The notes under the pieces: generated by a model
Database searches by the model: none
What the model saw: the letters and a program-made list of their open reading frames with translations, nothing else
Told to the model about the DNA's origin: nothing
In this document: positions 37,931 through 51,300 of the stretch, piece by piece
Layout: every line of letters starts with the position of its first letter
Numbering within the stretch: position 1 is the stretch's first letter
Made by a program: the position numbers and the translations under genes
Source: Malacoraja senta
Lineage: Eukaryota
DNA: 64,000 nucleotides
NCBI GenBank assembly: GCA_038087875.1
Contig: JAXLNO010003642.1
Location: 62,001 to 126,000, forward strand
Direction: 5' to 3'

Positions 37931-39221
37931 AAAGGGAGACATGGAGATAAGGAAGTGTAAGGTATGAAAGAATGACATCAAAGGAGATGTAGTTCAAGGA
38001 AAATGTAGAATAGATCATTGTTAGCTAGGAGAGGGTGTGAACGAAGCAGACAGATAATTTTTAATCAGGGGGGCAGTCAGACTGGTCGGAGAATAGAACT
38101 TCAGATAGGCGACTTTTAGAATATTATCGGCATTTCTAGTTGCCCCAATGCAGGATGAATTTGGAAGCATGGAATTAGTGCAGAGGTGGTTTGCCAGAAT
38201 GATGCACAGATTAGATATTAGCTAGAAGGAGAGGTTGGACAGACTTAGATTGTAATCGCTAGAATGCTGGAGGTTGATAAAAGTATATAAAACTATGAGA
38301 GGCATAGATGGGATAGAGAGTCAGAAACTTTTCCACAGGGTGGAAAGTAATGGAGAGCATAGTTTTCAGGTGAGTGGGACATGGTGTAAAGGGCCATGTA
38401 TTAATAGAAGGCTCGATGAGAGATTTCTGCACTGATGTTGAGACTGTGCTGCACGTTTACACCTAGACACAACTTTAAACTGAGCTCATGTCTCTCCTCC
38501 CAGCTGAAAAAAGAGACGCATGGTATTACCTCAAATAAGGGCTGGGAAATTATTACACATGCATTGTCCAATTTTTATTACTTAAGCAATAACAGTAAAG
38601 TGGACTAAAGACAGACACAAAAATGTTAGATGGAGCTCTAGGGGCTGGTGGAATCAAGGGATATGGGGAGAAGGCAGGCATTCATTGGGGACGATCAGCC
38701 ATGATCACCATGAATGGCGGTGCTGGCTCCAAGGGCTGAATGGCCTCCTCCTGCACCTATTTTCTATGCTTCTAAAAAGATGGAGTAACTCAGCAGGTCA
38801 GGCAGCACTTCTGGGAAAAAGGAAAAGGTGACGATTTGTGTCGAGACCCTTCCCGAAATGTCACCTACTCCTTTCCCCCAGAAATGCTGCCTGACCCGCT
38901 GAGTTACTCCAGCTTTTTGCATCTGCCTACAGTAAAACAAGCATCTGCAGTTCCTTCCTACACAGTAAAGTAGACTATCTGGTTTATCTAAAACTGCAGT
39001 TTGTGGAATTGACTGCATTCTGAATTGTAAAATAGTTATACTTTGAGAAACATCTATTCGGTTGTAAGATGCTATGTGAAATATGATTTTGTAATTGTTG
39101 TCCTTAAAACACCAATATAATCCCTACCATAAAACCTGATCCTTAAACTGTATTCACTGGTAATTAGTGACCAGAACAAGTGGTCTCATTCCCATTGTTA
39201 TCAGGTTTGTGTACACATGGA

Positions 39222-39308
39222 CCAATAATTAGCTTCACAGCAGAGTTCTGTTAAAAAAGTACAAGAGATTAAGTTACTGTTGCTGCATTTACTCTCCTGG
39301 TTAAATAG
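39222..39308 (+). promoter_or_regulatory. Candidate MHC proximal promoter: CCAAT and AT-rich TATA-like element
   Basis: CCAAT at 39222-39226 and TTAAATAG at 39301-39308 upstream of ATG 39330; motif match only. Confidence 0.3.
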
Positions 39309-39329
39309 TGCTGTGGGCGGCTGTTAAAC

Positions 39330-39381
39330 ATGCTTCTTTTTACCTTACTCAACACTTACGGTGTGGCCACTGTCTCCTCTG
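39330..39381 (+). CDS. MHC class I exon 1, signal peptide MLLFTLLNTYGVATVSS
   Basis: aaacATG context, 17 mostly hydrophobic codons plus G, donor GTAAGC. Phase 1 joins G+AT to give Asp1 of the mature protein. Confidence 0.8.
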
Positions 39382-42300
39382 GTAAGCAATGCTCCTTCTA
39401 CTTGTGAACTTTGAGGAAACAACAAAACTGATTCTATTTACTGTTGCACAGTCCCTGTGTTTGCCCTGGGTACATTGTCTTGGATGTATTAATTGAATGA
39501 TTGAATTGAATGTATTAATAATTTTGGGTAACGGTCTTTCCTTAGTTGTAAAGGCTCCTGTGGGAAGTTATATACACTATGGTTACCTTGGCAATCCAAT
39601 GAACAGAGGAACTGAATACAGGTAAATAATGAACATAGAACATAGGACAATACAGCACAGGAGCAGTTCCTTCAGTCCTTCAGTCTGAAGAAGGGTCTCG
39701 ACCTGAAACGTCACCCATTCCTTTTATCCAGAGATGCTGCCTGACCTGCTGAGTTACTCCAGCATTTTGTCTACCTTCGCCCACAATGTCTGTGCCGAAC
39801 AAAATAAACTAATCTCCTCTACCTGTATGTGATCTGTATCCGGCCATTCCCTGCCTATCTATGTACCTATCTAAAAGCCTCTGAAATGTAACTGTTATAT
39901 CTGCCACCACCATCACCACCACTGGCAGCGCAGTACAGGTGTCCACCACCCTCCACATAAAACAACTTGCTCCGCTCATCTCCTTTGAACATTGCTTCTC
40001 CAACCTTAAAGTGATGTTCTCTGGTCTTCAACATTTCCACCCTGGGAAAAAGGTTCTGGCTGTCCACTCTGTCTGTGCCTCTCACCATGTTATGCACTTT
40101 CATCAGGTCTCCCTTCAACCTCCAGTATACAAGAGAAAACAATCCATGTTTGTCCAATCTGTTCTTGCACTAATACCTCAGACAGAATTCAGGTAAACCG
40201 GTGATGTGCACTTTCAATAAAGAAGTGACTTCTGCATTAGTAGGTGTTCCACCTCTCCAAGATTTCCTCAGCTGGTGTTAGACACCCACATGATGGTAAA
40301 ATTCAGCCTGCATCAAATGACAAATCAATGTTGTGTTAATGTTGTTGCCATCTTGTTGTTTGTTGCATGCTTCCTGTACTGCAGACCCTATCCATTACAT
40401 CACCACCACTTCCATATAACCATATAATCATATAACCATTACAGCACGGAAACAGGCCATCTCGGCCCTTCAAGTCCGTGCCGAACACTTTTTTTTTCCT
40501 TCCCCCTTCTTTCTTCTTACTTCCCCCTAGTCCCATCTACCTGCACCCAGACCATATCCTTCCATTCCTTTCCCGTCCATATACACATCCAATCTATTTT
40601 TAAAGGATAAAATCGAACCTGCCTCCACCACTTCCACTGGAAGCTCATTCCACACAGCTACCACTCTCTGAGTAAAGAAGTTCCCCCTAATGTTCCCCCT
40701 AAACTTCTGTCCCTTAATTCTCAAGTCATGTCCCCTTGTTTGAATCTTCCCTACTCTCAATGGGAAAAGCTTATCCACGTCAACTCTGTCTAACCCGCTC
40801 ATAATTTTAAAGACCTCTATCAAGTCCCCTCTTAACCTTCTGCGCTCCAAAGAATAAAGCCCTAACTTGTTCAACCTTTCTCTGTAACTTAGTTGCTGAA
40901 ACCCAGGCAACATTCTAGTAAATCTCCTCTGTACTCTCTCTATTTTGTTGACATCCTTCCTATAATTAGGCGACCAAAATAGTACACCATACTCCAGAAT
41001 TGGCCTCACCAATGCCTTGTACAATTTTAACATTACATCCCAACTTCTATATTCAATGCTCTGATTTATAAAGGCCAGCACACCAAAAGCTTTCTTTACC
41101 ACACTATCTACATGAGATTCCACCTTCAGGGAACTATGCACAGTTATTCCTAGATCACTCTGTTCAACTGCATTCCTCAATTCGCTACCATTTACCATGT
41201 ACGTCCTATTTTGATTTGTCCTGCCGAGATGTAGCACCTCACATTTATCAGCATTAAACTCCATCTGCCATCTTTCAGCCCACTCTTCCAAATGGCCTAA
41301 ATCTCTCTGTAGACTTTGAAAATCTACTTCATTATCCACAACACCACCTATCTTAGTATCATCTGCATACTTACTAATCCAATTTTCCACACCATCATCC
41401 AGATCATTGATGTACATGACAAACAACAGTGGACCCAACACAGACCCCTGAGGCACCCCACTGGTCACCGGCCTCCAACCTGACAAACAGCCATCCACCA
41501 TTACTCTCTGGCATCTCCCATTCAGCCACTGTTGAATCCATCTTGCTACTCCACCATTAATACCGAACAATTGAATCTTCTTAACCAACCTTCCACGAGG
41601 AACCTTGTCAAAGGCCTTACTGAAGTCCATATAGACAACATCCACTGCTTTACCGTCATCAATTTCGCTAGTAACCTCTTCGAAAAATTCAAGAAGATTA
41701 GTCAAACATGACCTTCCAGGCACAAATCCATGTTGACTGTTCCTAATCAGACCCTGCTTATCCAGATGCTTATATATATTATCTCTAAGTATCCTTTCCA
41801 TTAATTTGCCCACCACTGACGTCAAACTAACAGGTCTATAATTGCTTTGTTTACTCTCACAACCCTTTTTAAACAACGGAACAACATGCGCAGTACGCCA
41901 ATCCTCCGGCACTATTCCTGTTTCTAATGACATTTGAAATATTTTTGTCATAGCCCCTGCTATTTCTACACTAACTTCCCTCACTGTCCTAGAAAATATC
42001 CTGTCAGGACCTGGAGACTTATCCATTTTCATATTTTTCAAAAGTGTCCGCACCTCCTCTTATTTGAATCTCATAGTTTCCATTGCTACTCTGCTTGTTT
42101 CCCTTACCTCACATAATTCCATATCCTTCTCCTTGGTGAATACCGAAGAAAAAAAATTGTTCAATATCTCCCCCATCTCTTTTGGCTCTGCAGATAGCTG
42201 TCCACTCTGACTCTCTAATGGACCAATTTTATTCCTTGTTATCCTTTTTCTATTAATATAGCTGTAGAAACCCTTTGGATTTACTTTCACCTTACTTGCA

Positions 42301-45300
42301 AAAGCAACCTCATATCTTCTTTTAGCTTTTCTAATTTATTTCTTAATATTCTTTTTATATTCTTTATACTCCTCAAGCACCTCATTTACTCCATGCTGGC
42401 AATTATTATTGTAGATCTCTCTCTTTTTCCGAACCAAGTGTCCAATTTCCCTTGAAAACCATGGCTCTTTCCAATTTTTACTATTTCCTTTCAACCGAAC
42501 AGGGACATAAAGATTCTGTACTCTTAAAATGTCACCTTTAAATGTCCTCCATTTCTCTACTACATCCTTCCCATAAAACAACATGTCCCAATTCACTCCT
42601 TTTAAATCCTTTCGCATCTCCTCAAAGTTAGACTTTCTCCAATCAAAAATTTTAACCCTAGGTCCAGTTCTGATCCTCTCCATAATTATATTGAAACTAA
42701 TGGTATTGTGATCACTGGACCCGAAGTGCTCCCCAACGCCCACCTCCGCCACCTGCCCTGTCTCATTTCCTAACAGGAGGTCCAGCATTGCCCCTTCTTT
42801 AGTAGGTACCTCTATGTATTGCTGCAAACAACTATCCTGCACACATTTTACAAATTCCAAACCATCCAGCCCTTTTACAGTATGTGTTTCCCAGTCTAAG
42901 TGTGGAAAATTGAAATCTCCCACAATCACTACCTTGTGCTTACTACTAATATCTGCTATCTCCTTACATATTTGCTCTTCCAATTCTTGCTCCCCATTAG
43001 GCAGTCTATAATACACCCCTATATGTGTTGCTACACCTTTCCCATTTCTCAGTTCCACCCAAATAGCCTCCCTAGACGAGCCCTCTACTCTATCCTGCCA
43101 AAGCACTGCTGTAATATCTTCCTTGACAAGCAATGCAACACCCCTACCTCTTGACCCTCCAATTCTATCACACCAGAAGCAACGAAATCCTGGAATATTT
43201 AGTTTCCAATCACAGCCCTCCTGCAACCATGTGTCACTGATCGCCACAACAACATACTTCCAGGTGTCAATCCAGGCTCTATCCACGACTTCCCCAGAAG
43301 ACGATAATGAGATTTAAGAAGCTTGAGGATAGGCACGTGGATATGTAGGGACTTGAGGGATATGAATCATGTACAAGCAGTTTAGTTTAACTTGACATCA
43401 TGTTCGGCACAGACATTGTGGCTGAGCTCTAACCCATTACACCCTTAATGAACAAAAATATATCAATCTAAATCTGGAAATTTTCAAGTGGGCGACATAT
43501 TCAACAGATTACAGAATCGAGAACCAGAAGACATAGGTTTAAATTGAGGGGGGGGGGGAGATTTAATGGGAATCTGATGAGCAATTTCTTCCCACACAAT
43601 GCTTCCTTTCTAACTATTCTGACAATCGTGAAGGCTTGGAGATTACAAACCTACTCATCCTGAAAGTTTAATCCCATTGTTATCAGATGAAAGTAAATAT
43701 AAAATGGTGATTCCCCTGTTGAAATAATAACATATAAAACAAAAATCCTTGGTTGTGGAGTGTTTTGGGAAGTCACGTGGATTTTATCATTACTGTATTC
43801 CACTAGCCTTCTTATGTTTCTCCTGGTAACACTGAAACAGACACTTCTAACTCTCCCTTTGGGGCCCCTTCTCACCTCACTTTGACACTGAACTTTGACA
43901 CTGTCTGGTGTGCTGCATGGAAACTTTATCACAGAACAAATACTGCTTATTCATGTAGAAACAAGAAAATGCAGATGCTGGTTAATACACATAAAATGCT
44001 GGAGTAATTCAGCAGGTCAGGCAGTATGTCTGGAGAACATGGATAGGTGATGTTTCAGTTTAGACATCAGTTTAGATGTGTAAGAAGGAACTGCAGATGC
44101 TGATTTAAACCGAAGATAGACACAAAAAGCTGGAGTAACTCAGCGGGACAGGCAGCATCTCTGGAGAGACGAAATGGGTGATGTTTCGCGTCTAGACCCT
44201 TCTTCAGACTGGTGATGCAGATGCTGGTTTACACCGAAGATAGACACAAAAAGCTGGAGTAAATCAGGAAGTCAGGCAGCATCGCTGGAGAAAAGGAATA
44301 GATGGCGTTTCAGGTCAAGGCACTTCTTCAGACAGAGTCGGAGGTATATTTTTTATTAATTTGTTCTATGTACCTTTTCATATCGCTTGGTTCCCTGTCT
44401 CCTGATTCTCAGTCTGAAGAAGGGTCTCGACCCGAAACGTCACCTTTTCCTTTTCTCCGGAGATGCTGCCTGACCCACTAAGTTACTCCAGTATGTGTCG
44501 AGTTTCAGTTTAGACCCTGTTTATTATAGTCTGCTCCGACCCCACCCCCACCCCCCACCCCACCCAAGCCTTGATAGTCGGGACTCATCAGTAAGGTCTT
44601 CTTTACACTTACTGTTACAGAATCCCAATGTCCTCATAAGTCAGAAGTGCCCCATTCCATGCAGAGATTTCCCACCAGATGGGCATTGCAGGGTTGCAGC
44701 TCATAGAGATGGTGCCTATGAGGACCTGGACTCAATCCCGATCTCTACTACAACCTGTGTGGCACTTTTATTCTTTCCCTGAAACCATGTGTGCTTCCTC
44801 TGGTTATTCCAGTTTCTCCCAATATTCCAAAGATGAGAGGCTGAGAGGTAAATTGGCCAGTGTGAATTGATCGTACATACTGTGACCTCCATAATGTTTC
44901 GGACAAAGACCCATCATATATTTATTTGCCTCTGTACTCCATAATTTGAGATTTGTAATAGAAAAAAATCACATGTGGTTAAAGTGCACATTGTCAGATT
45001 AAAAAAAAGGCAATTTTTTAAACATTTTGGTTTCACCATGTAGAAATTACAGCAGTCAATTTACATAGTCACAAAATACATAGTCTGCCCCATTTTAGGG
45101 CACCATAATGTTTGGGACACAGCAATGTCATGTAAATGAAAGTAGCCATGTTTAGTATTTTGTTGCATATCCTATGCATGCAATGACTGCTTGAAGTCTG
45201 TGATTCATGGACATCGCCAGTTGCTGGGTGACTTCTCTGGCGATGCTCTGCCAGGCCTGTATTGCAGCCTGTGCTTGTTTTGGGGGCTAGTCCCCATTCA

Positions 45301-48300
45301 GTTTTCTCTTTGGCATATCAAAGGCATGCTCAGTTGCGTTCAGATCGGGTGATGGTCTTGGCCACTCAAGAATTAACAATTTTTTAGCTTTGAAAAACTC
45401 CTTTGTTGCTTTAGGATCATTGTCTTGCTGTAGTATGAACCGCTGGGCAATGTGTTTTGAGGCCAATGTGTTTGAACTTGAGCATATAGGATGTGTCTAT
45501 ACACTTCAGAATTCATTATGCTGCTACCATCAGTAGCTGAATGGTCAACAAAGCTAAGTTAGCCAGTACCTTCAGCAGCCATACATGCCCAGCCCACAAC
45601 ACCCCCACCACCGTGTTTCACAGATGAGGTGGTATGCTTTGGATCTAGGGCAGTTCCTTCTCTCCTCCATACTTTGCTCTTGGCATCACTCCGATATAAG
45701 TTAATCTTTGTATCATCTGTCCAGAAGACCTTTTTCCAGAACTGTGGTTGCTCTTTTAAGTACTTCTTGGCAAACTGTAACCTGGCCATCCTGTTTTTGC
45801 GGCTAAACAGTGGTTTGCATCTTGCAGTGCAGTCTCTGTATTTCTGTTCATGAAGTCTTCTGCGGACAGTGGTCATTGGCAAATCCACACCTGACTCCTG
45901 ATGAGTGTTTCTGACCTGTCAGTCCCTTTGCGATTAGTAAAGGATTGGGGTTTTGTCTTTATTATAGAGAGAAGTCTTCTGTCATCAGCTGTGGAGGTGT
46001 TCCTTGGCCAGCCAGTCCCTTTGCGATTAGTAAGCTCAAAGTGCTCTCTTTCTTCTTAATGATGTTCCAAACAGTTTGATTTTGGTAAGCCTAAGGTTTG
46101 GCTGATGTCTCGAACAGTTTTATTCTTGTTTCTCAGTCTCATAATGGTCTCTTTTACTTTCATTGGCACAACTCTGGTCCTCCTGTTGATGAACAGCAAT
46201 AAAAGTTTCCAAAGGTGATGGAAAGACTGGAGGAAAGACTAGATGCTGAGTTCTCTTATACCTGCATTAAGGAGGCATTTAAATACCCCTGAGCAATTAC
46301 ATACATCTGCGAAGCCATGTCCCAAACATTATGGTGCCCTGAAATGGGGGGACTATGTATAAACACAGGTGTAATTTCTACATGGTGAAACCAAAATGGG
46401 CAAAAAATGAATACATAAGTTTAAAATGAGGGGGGAAAGATTTAATAAGAACCAGAGGCATAGCTTTGGTGGGAGTACTGAATGAACTGCCGGAGAAGGG
46501 AGTTCAGGCAGGTACTATCGCAACATTTAAGAAACATTTAATCTGGTACATGGATAGATAGGTTTAGAAGGATATGGGCCTCCTCAGACAGCCGTGGAGC
46601 CCACGTCAATGGATATTTCTCAGGTGGATATTGACAGATTCTTGATCAGTATGGGTGTCAAGGGTTATGGGGCGAAAGCAGGGAATGTGGTTGAGAGGGC
46701 GAGATAGAGCAGCCATGATTGAATTAGGCCATTCAGCCGTAGGCCCTGATTCCCTGCTGTATGACTCTTTGACTTTACCTCTCTATGATTTTATAAAATC
46801 TCCTTGACGTTGTCCATTTTCTTAATATAATAAAATATTCTTTGAATTTTGGAATATTGTAACTAGTAGGCTGTATCGACATGATAGATAATAATAGATC
46901 TTTGAAGATGGGAAGCAATCCAATAGGATCATTCAATACCTCGACCACAATTGGTGGAATAGGTATCAGAGCCCATCTAGCCAACTCTTGTAGAAGGCTC
47001 AGTGGTGCAGCATTAGAGATGCTGCCTTATCGCCCTTACAGCACCAATGCCCAGGTTGGATCCTGACTACGGGTCCTGTCTGTATGGAGTTTGTACATTC
47101 TCCACCTGACCGGGTGGGTTTTTCCTGAGATCTTCAGATTCTTCCCACATTCCATGACGTACAGGTTTGTAGTTTAATTGGCTTGGTGTAGAATGTAAAT
47201 TGTCCCTTGTGTGTGTAGGATAGTGTTAGCGTGTGGGGGTTGCTGGTCAGTGTGGACTCAGTGGCCCGAAGGGCCTGTTTCCATGCTGTATCTCTAAGCT
47301 AAAAACTAAACTAAAGGCTCCTGACACAAATTGTCACCTGATCATTGATGCTGCCTGCCCCACTGAGTTCATCCAGCACTTGCATCTGCAGGTCCTTGTG
47401 ACTCCCTTATTCAAAGTTATTGTATTGTTATCAGTTTTAGCATTAATAACTTAGTTATTTTCAGTGAATGATACAATCATACTTATTTTTGTTTATGCAT
47501 TGCAGATTTTCACCATCTTGCATTTTACTACCTGTTGAACCATGGATTGAGTGTGCTGCCTGAGTACAGTATGGTAGCAATGTTGGATGACCTCCAGATA
47601 GCATATTTTGACAGCACACTAGAGCGGGCTATTCCCAGACAGCGATGGATGGCCCAGTCTTTCCCGCAGGATCAATGGGATTCAATGGCCATCACAGTTG
47701 CAGGTTTTCATGGGATTGTCAGAGGAAATGCTGAGATAGTCTACCAACAGCAACATGGTATCTCGAGTAAGTGTCGTGACCGGACCTGGGGTAGACACCC
47801 AGTGATGGCACAAATGGATTTTGTTTTAGTTTTGTTGCTGTCACATGATTCTCTGATACACTTTTTTTGCATGTTAGTCAATCACATCAAAGAAAACTAT
47901 TCATAAATACAATCAAACCAAACTCGTACAATAGGTAGAGCAAAGAGTGCAGAATGTAGTTCTCAGCATTGTAATGTACCAGTGCCAGAGACAAAGTCCA
48001 GTGTCTACAATGGGGTTGAGGTGAACCCTAGCATAAGGGAGGACTGTTCAGAAACCTGATAACATAGGGGAGGAAACAGTTACTGAGTCTGGTGGTGCAC
48101 GCTTTAATGCTTACGTACCTTCTGCAGGAAGAAGAAGGAATGACCAGAGCGGGATGAATCTTTGATTATGTTGTCTGCTTTCCTGAGCCAGTTGAAATAC
48201 AGATGGATTCACTGGTGGGGAATCATGTTTGTGTGATCGATTGTGCTACATCTCCACCTCCCTGCCATTTCCAGCGGTATTGGGCAGAACTCTTTCCAAA

Positions 48301-51300
48301 CTAAGTTGTGATGCAACCTGTCAGTGTGCTTTCTATGGCACATTTGTAGAAGTTTGTAAGAGTCATTGGAGATGCCGCATTTCCTTAGTCTCCTGAGGCA
48401 GTAGGGGAACCAGAAACTCTCAACCTTTTTCACTTCAGCACCATTGATGCTGTTTCAGACATTTACTCCATCACATTTTGATAGAGACACGGCCCATCGT
48501 CTATATTTAATGTGTCCTAACTGCTGAACACCCATTGATAACAGTTGGCTGGTGATAGTCTCTTTATGGGTTAAGCATTTGATATTTAACACCAGTAAAA
48601 AGTGGATGGATTGGATCATCTGTTTTATTGGGCTGGAATGAGGGAGAAACCATAGTTTATTTATAGCCTGATCACCTAGAGATGGGACCTTGATTAAGCT
48701 GGTTGATGGTGACTATGATGTATTCCCTCAACAATAATATTCTGTTAATCCAGCATTCCCTCAATATTGGCAACAATCCACAGAGAGTGTAGCAATCCCA
48801 CACAGTGCAACAGCCTTGATGTACTTCCCATCTGCATTGCCTTAACCTTCAGACTGACCTGTTCACTGTATAACATTGCCCATCTGACAATGCACTCCTT
48901 CCTCTGTTCTTTATGTACGAAAGTGCAGAATCTGAGTTCTACCCTTCTGACACAGCAAAACTTCTTTAGTGTTACATCCGCAACAGTAAAGCTTCCCCCC
49001 TCAACACTTGAGGTTAGTCCATGCCCTCAGTATATAGACCATGGGTCATTGAGTCACACATCATGGAAACCGGCCCTTCTGCTCACTGAATCCACATTGA
49101 TCATCATTTGTACTAAGATGGAGTCACAGCAAACTGCAGATGCTGCCAATCTGAATTAAAAACAAACAGGAGGAACTCAACGAGTCAGGCAGCATGCTGT
49201 GGAAAAATGGACAGAAAACATATGAGACCAGGACCATTTAGAGTGATGGAGTAGGGTGGAGAAAGCTGGAAAATAAAAGTAGTCTGTGTAGGATACTGTT
49301 AATGTGCGGGGATCACTGGTCAGTGCGGACTCGGTGGGCCGAAGGGCCTCTTTCCGCGCTGTATCTCTGAGCTAAACCTGCTCCTATGCTGTACAGCTCC
49401 ATGTTGTGTTCTGTTATGCCTGTTTGTACCATGCTGAGAACTGATTTGTAAATTGCCTCTCCCTTCCATCCACTCTCCCCAACACAAATCCTCCACCCCT
49501 ACCTCAGCCCCAGCTGTTTGCTTTGTGCAGGGTTTCTGCGGCTGTGAAGTGGACAGTGACAATTCCACTGATGGGTTTGTCAGACTGGGTTATGATGGGG
49601 AGGATGCCTGTGCTTTTGACAAGGACAGAATGCGCTGGATTGCACTACGTCCAGATTTCCAGATGCTAGCAGATCGGTGGAACGTCAACACCTTCATGAA
49701 CAAGTATTTTAAAGATCTCCTGGAGAAGGACTGTGTGAAGTGGCTGCGGATATATCTGGAGTGTGGACAAGAAGCACTACAGAGGAGAGGTACACGACGT
49801 AGGCACTCTGACTGATGGGCCAGAGGATATCCTCTGGATAGATCAGGTGGGAAATATCATGCACTTCAGGCTGTCACTTGAGTAATTATTTAGTTTAGTT
49901 TAGTGATACAGCGCGGAAACCCACCGAGACCGCACCGAGCAGCCATGCCCGCACACTAACACTATCCTACACACACTAGGGACAATTTGCATTTATACCA
50001 ATCCAATTAACCTACAAATTTGTACGTCTTTCGAGTGTGAGGGGAAACCGAAGATCTCGGATAAAACCCACGCAGGTCACAGGGAGAACGTACAAACTCT
50101 GTAAAGACAAGCACCCGTAGTTAGTAACAAACCCAGGTCTCTGGCGCTGTAAGGCAGTAGCTCGACCGCTTCGCCACCCTGTTCTACAACGTGGGTATCA
50201 GTAAATTGTCTGGCAACGTGCCTCTTAGATGGAGCCAGTGGGTAGGAAGTGCAAGTGAAAGATAAATATTGTACCAGTGTCCTCTATCCACAGTCATATA
50301 GATATTCAGGAAATGGAGGGATATGTATCTTGGTCTTATGTTTAGCATTGACCTTGTGCCTGAAGTGTCTGTTGCTGCGCTGATCAGAAACCCAATCAGA
50401 TTCTCTATTTGCCTCTATTACTCCTTGGGATGGTGACATCCAATTTCCAACAGTTCTCTGGTTGAAGAACTTCTTCCTCCCATTCCCTCTTGGAATATTT
50501 AGTGTTATTATTCAGCTGAGATTCATGAACAAGTAGAAGCAATCATGTCTACAGTATCAATCCCAATGGTGAGTTATACTCCTCCATTGGGCCTGCATTC
50601 CCCTTACATCTGCGCTGTCAGTTCAAGTCTGGAGCTAAGATAAGGAGCATGTCAGTGATATTAAAACTAAATGTTTTGTTGTTTTGCCAGAAATGCAAAA
50701 TGAAAAGAGAAAAGGCTGTAAACTGTGTGCAAGATAGAACTGCAGATGCTGGTTTACACTGAAGATAGAAGATGTTGGAGTAACTCAGTGGGTCAGATAG
50801 CATCTCTGGGCATTCCTTCTCTCCAGAGATGCTGCCTGACCTGCTGAGTTATTCCAGCATTTTGGGTCTAGGCTGGAAACTTTGTTCAGCTGGAGAAAAA
50901 ACTGATTGGGAAAGAGGTGAGTTGCAGTGATCTTACAATTGAAGGCTTTTGTTCATGTCTTCACTGATTGTGACGCTTCCTACACTTGCAGAAACCCCTG
51001 AGGTGTTTATTGGGATTAAACGTGATGGGTCACAATCACTGAGACTCTCCTGCCTTGTCACAGGCTTCTACCCACGGGCCATCGATGTAACGTGGCTGAG
51101 AGATGGTGAGGGAGACCACGAGTCTGAATCCAGTGATCTGTTGCCCAATTGGGATGGGACTTACCAGCTGAAGAATACAATTCAACTGAGTAGAGAAGAT
51201 GTGGCAAAATTCTCCTGTTACATTGAACATGCAACTCTGCTGCAGGGAGTCAATGTTCCACAGGGTAAGTGGCAAGTCAATGAGGCTGATCACTTGAGAG

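Noticed and set aside
46775-46995. About 72-codon AT-rich ORF (LQELARWALIPIPP...) as a possible endogenous viral fragment
   Set aside because: No motif I can recognise, and ORFs of this length arise by chance; a tBLASTn/HHpred hit would be needed.
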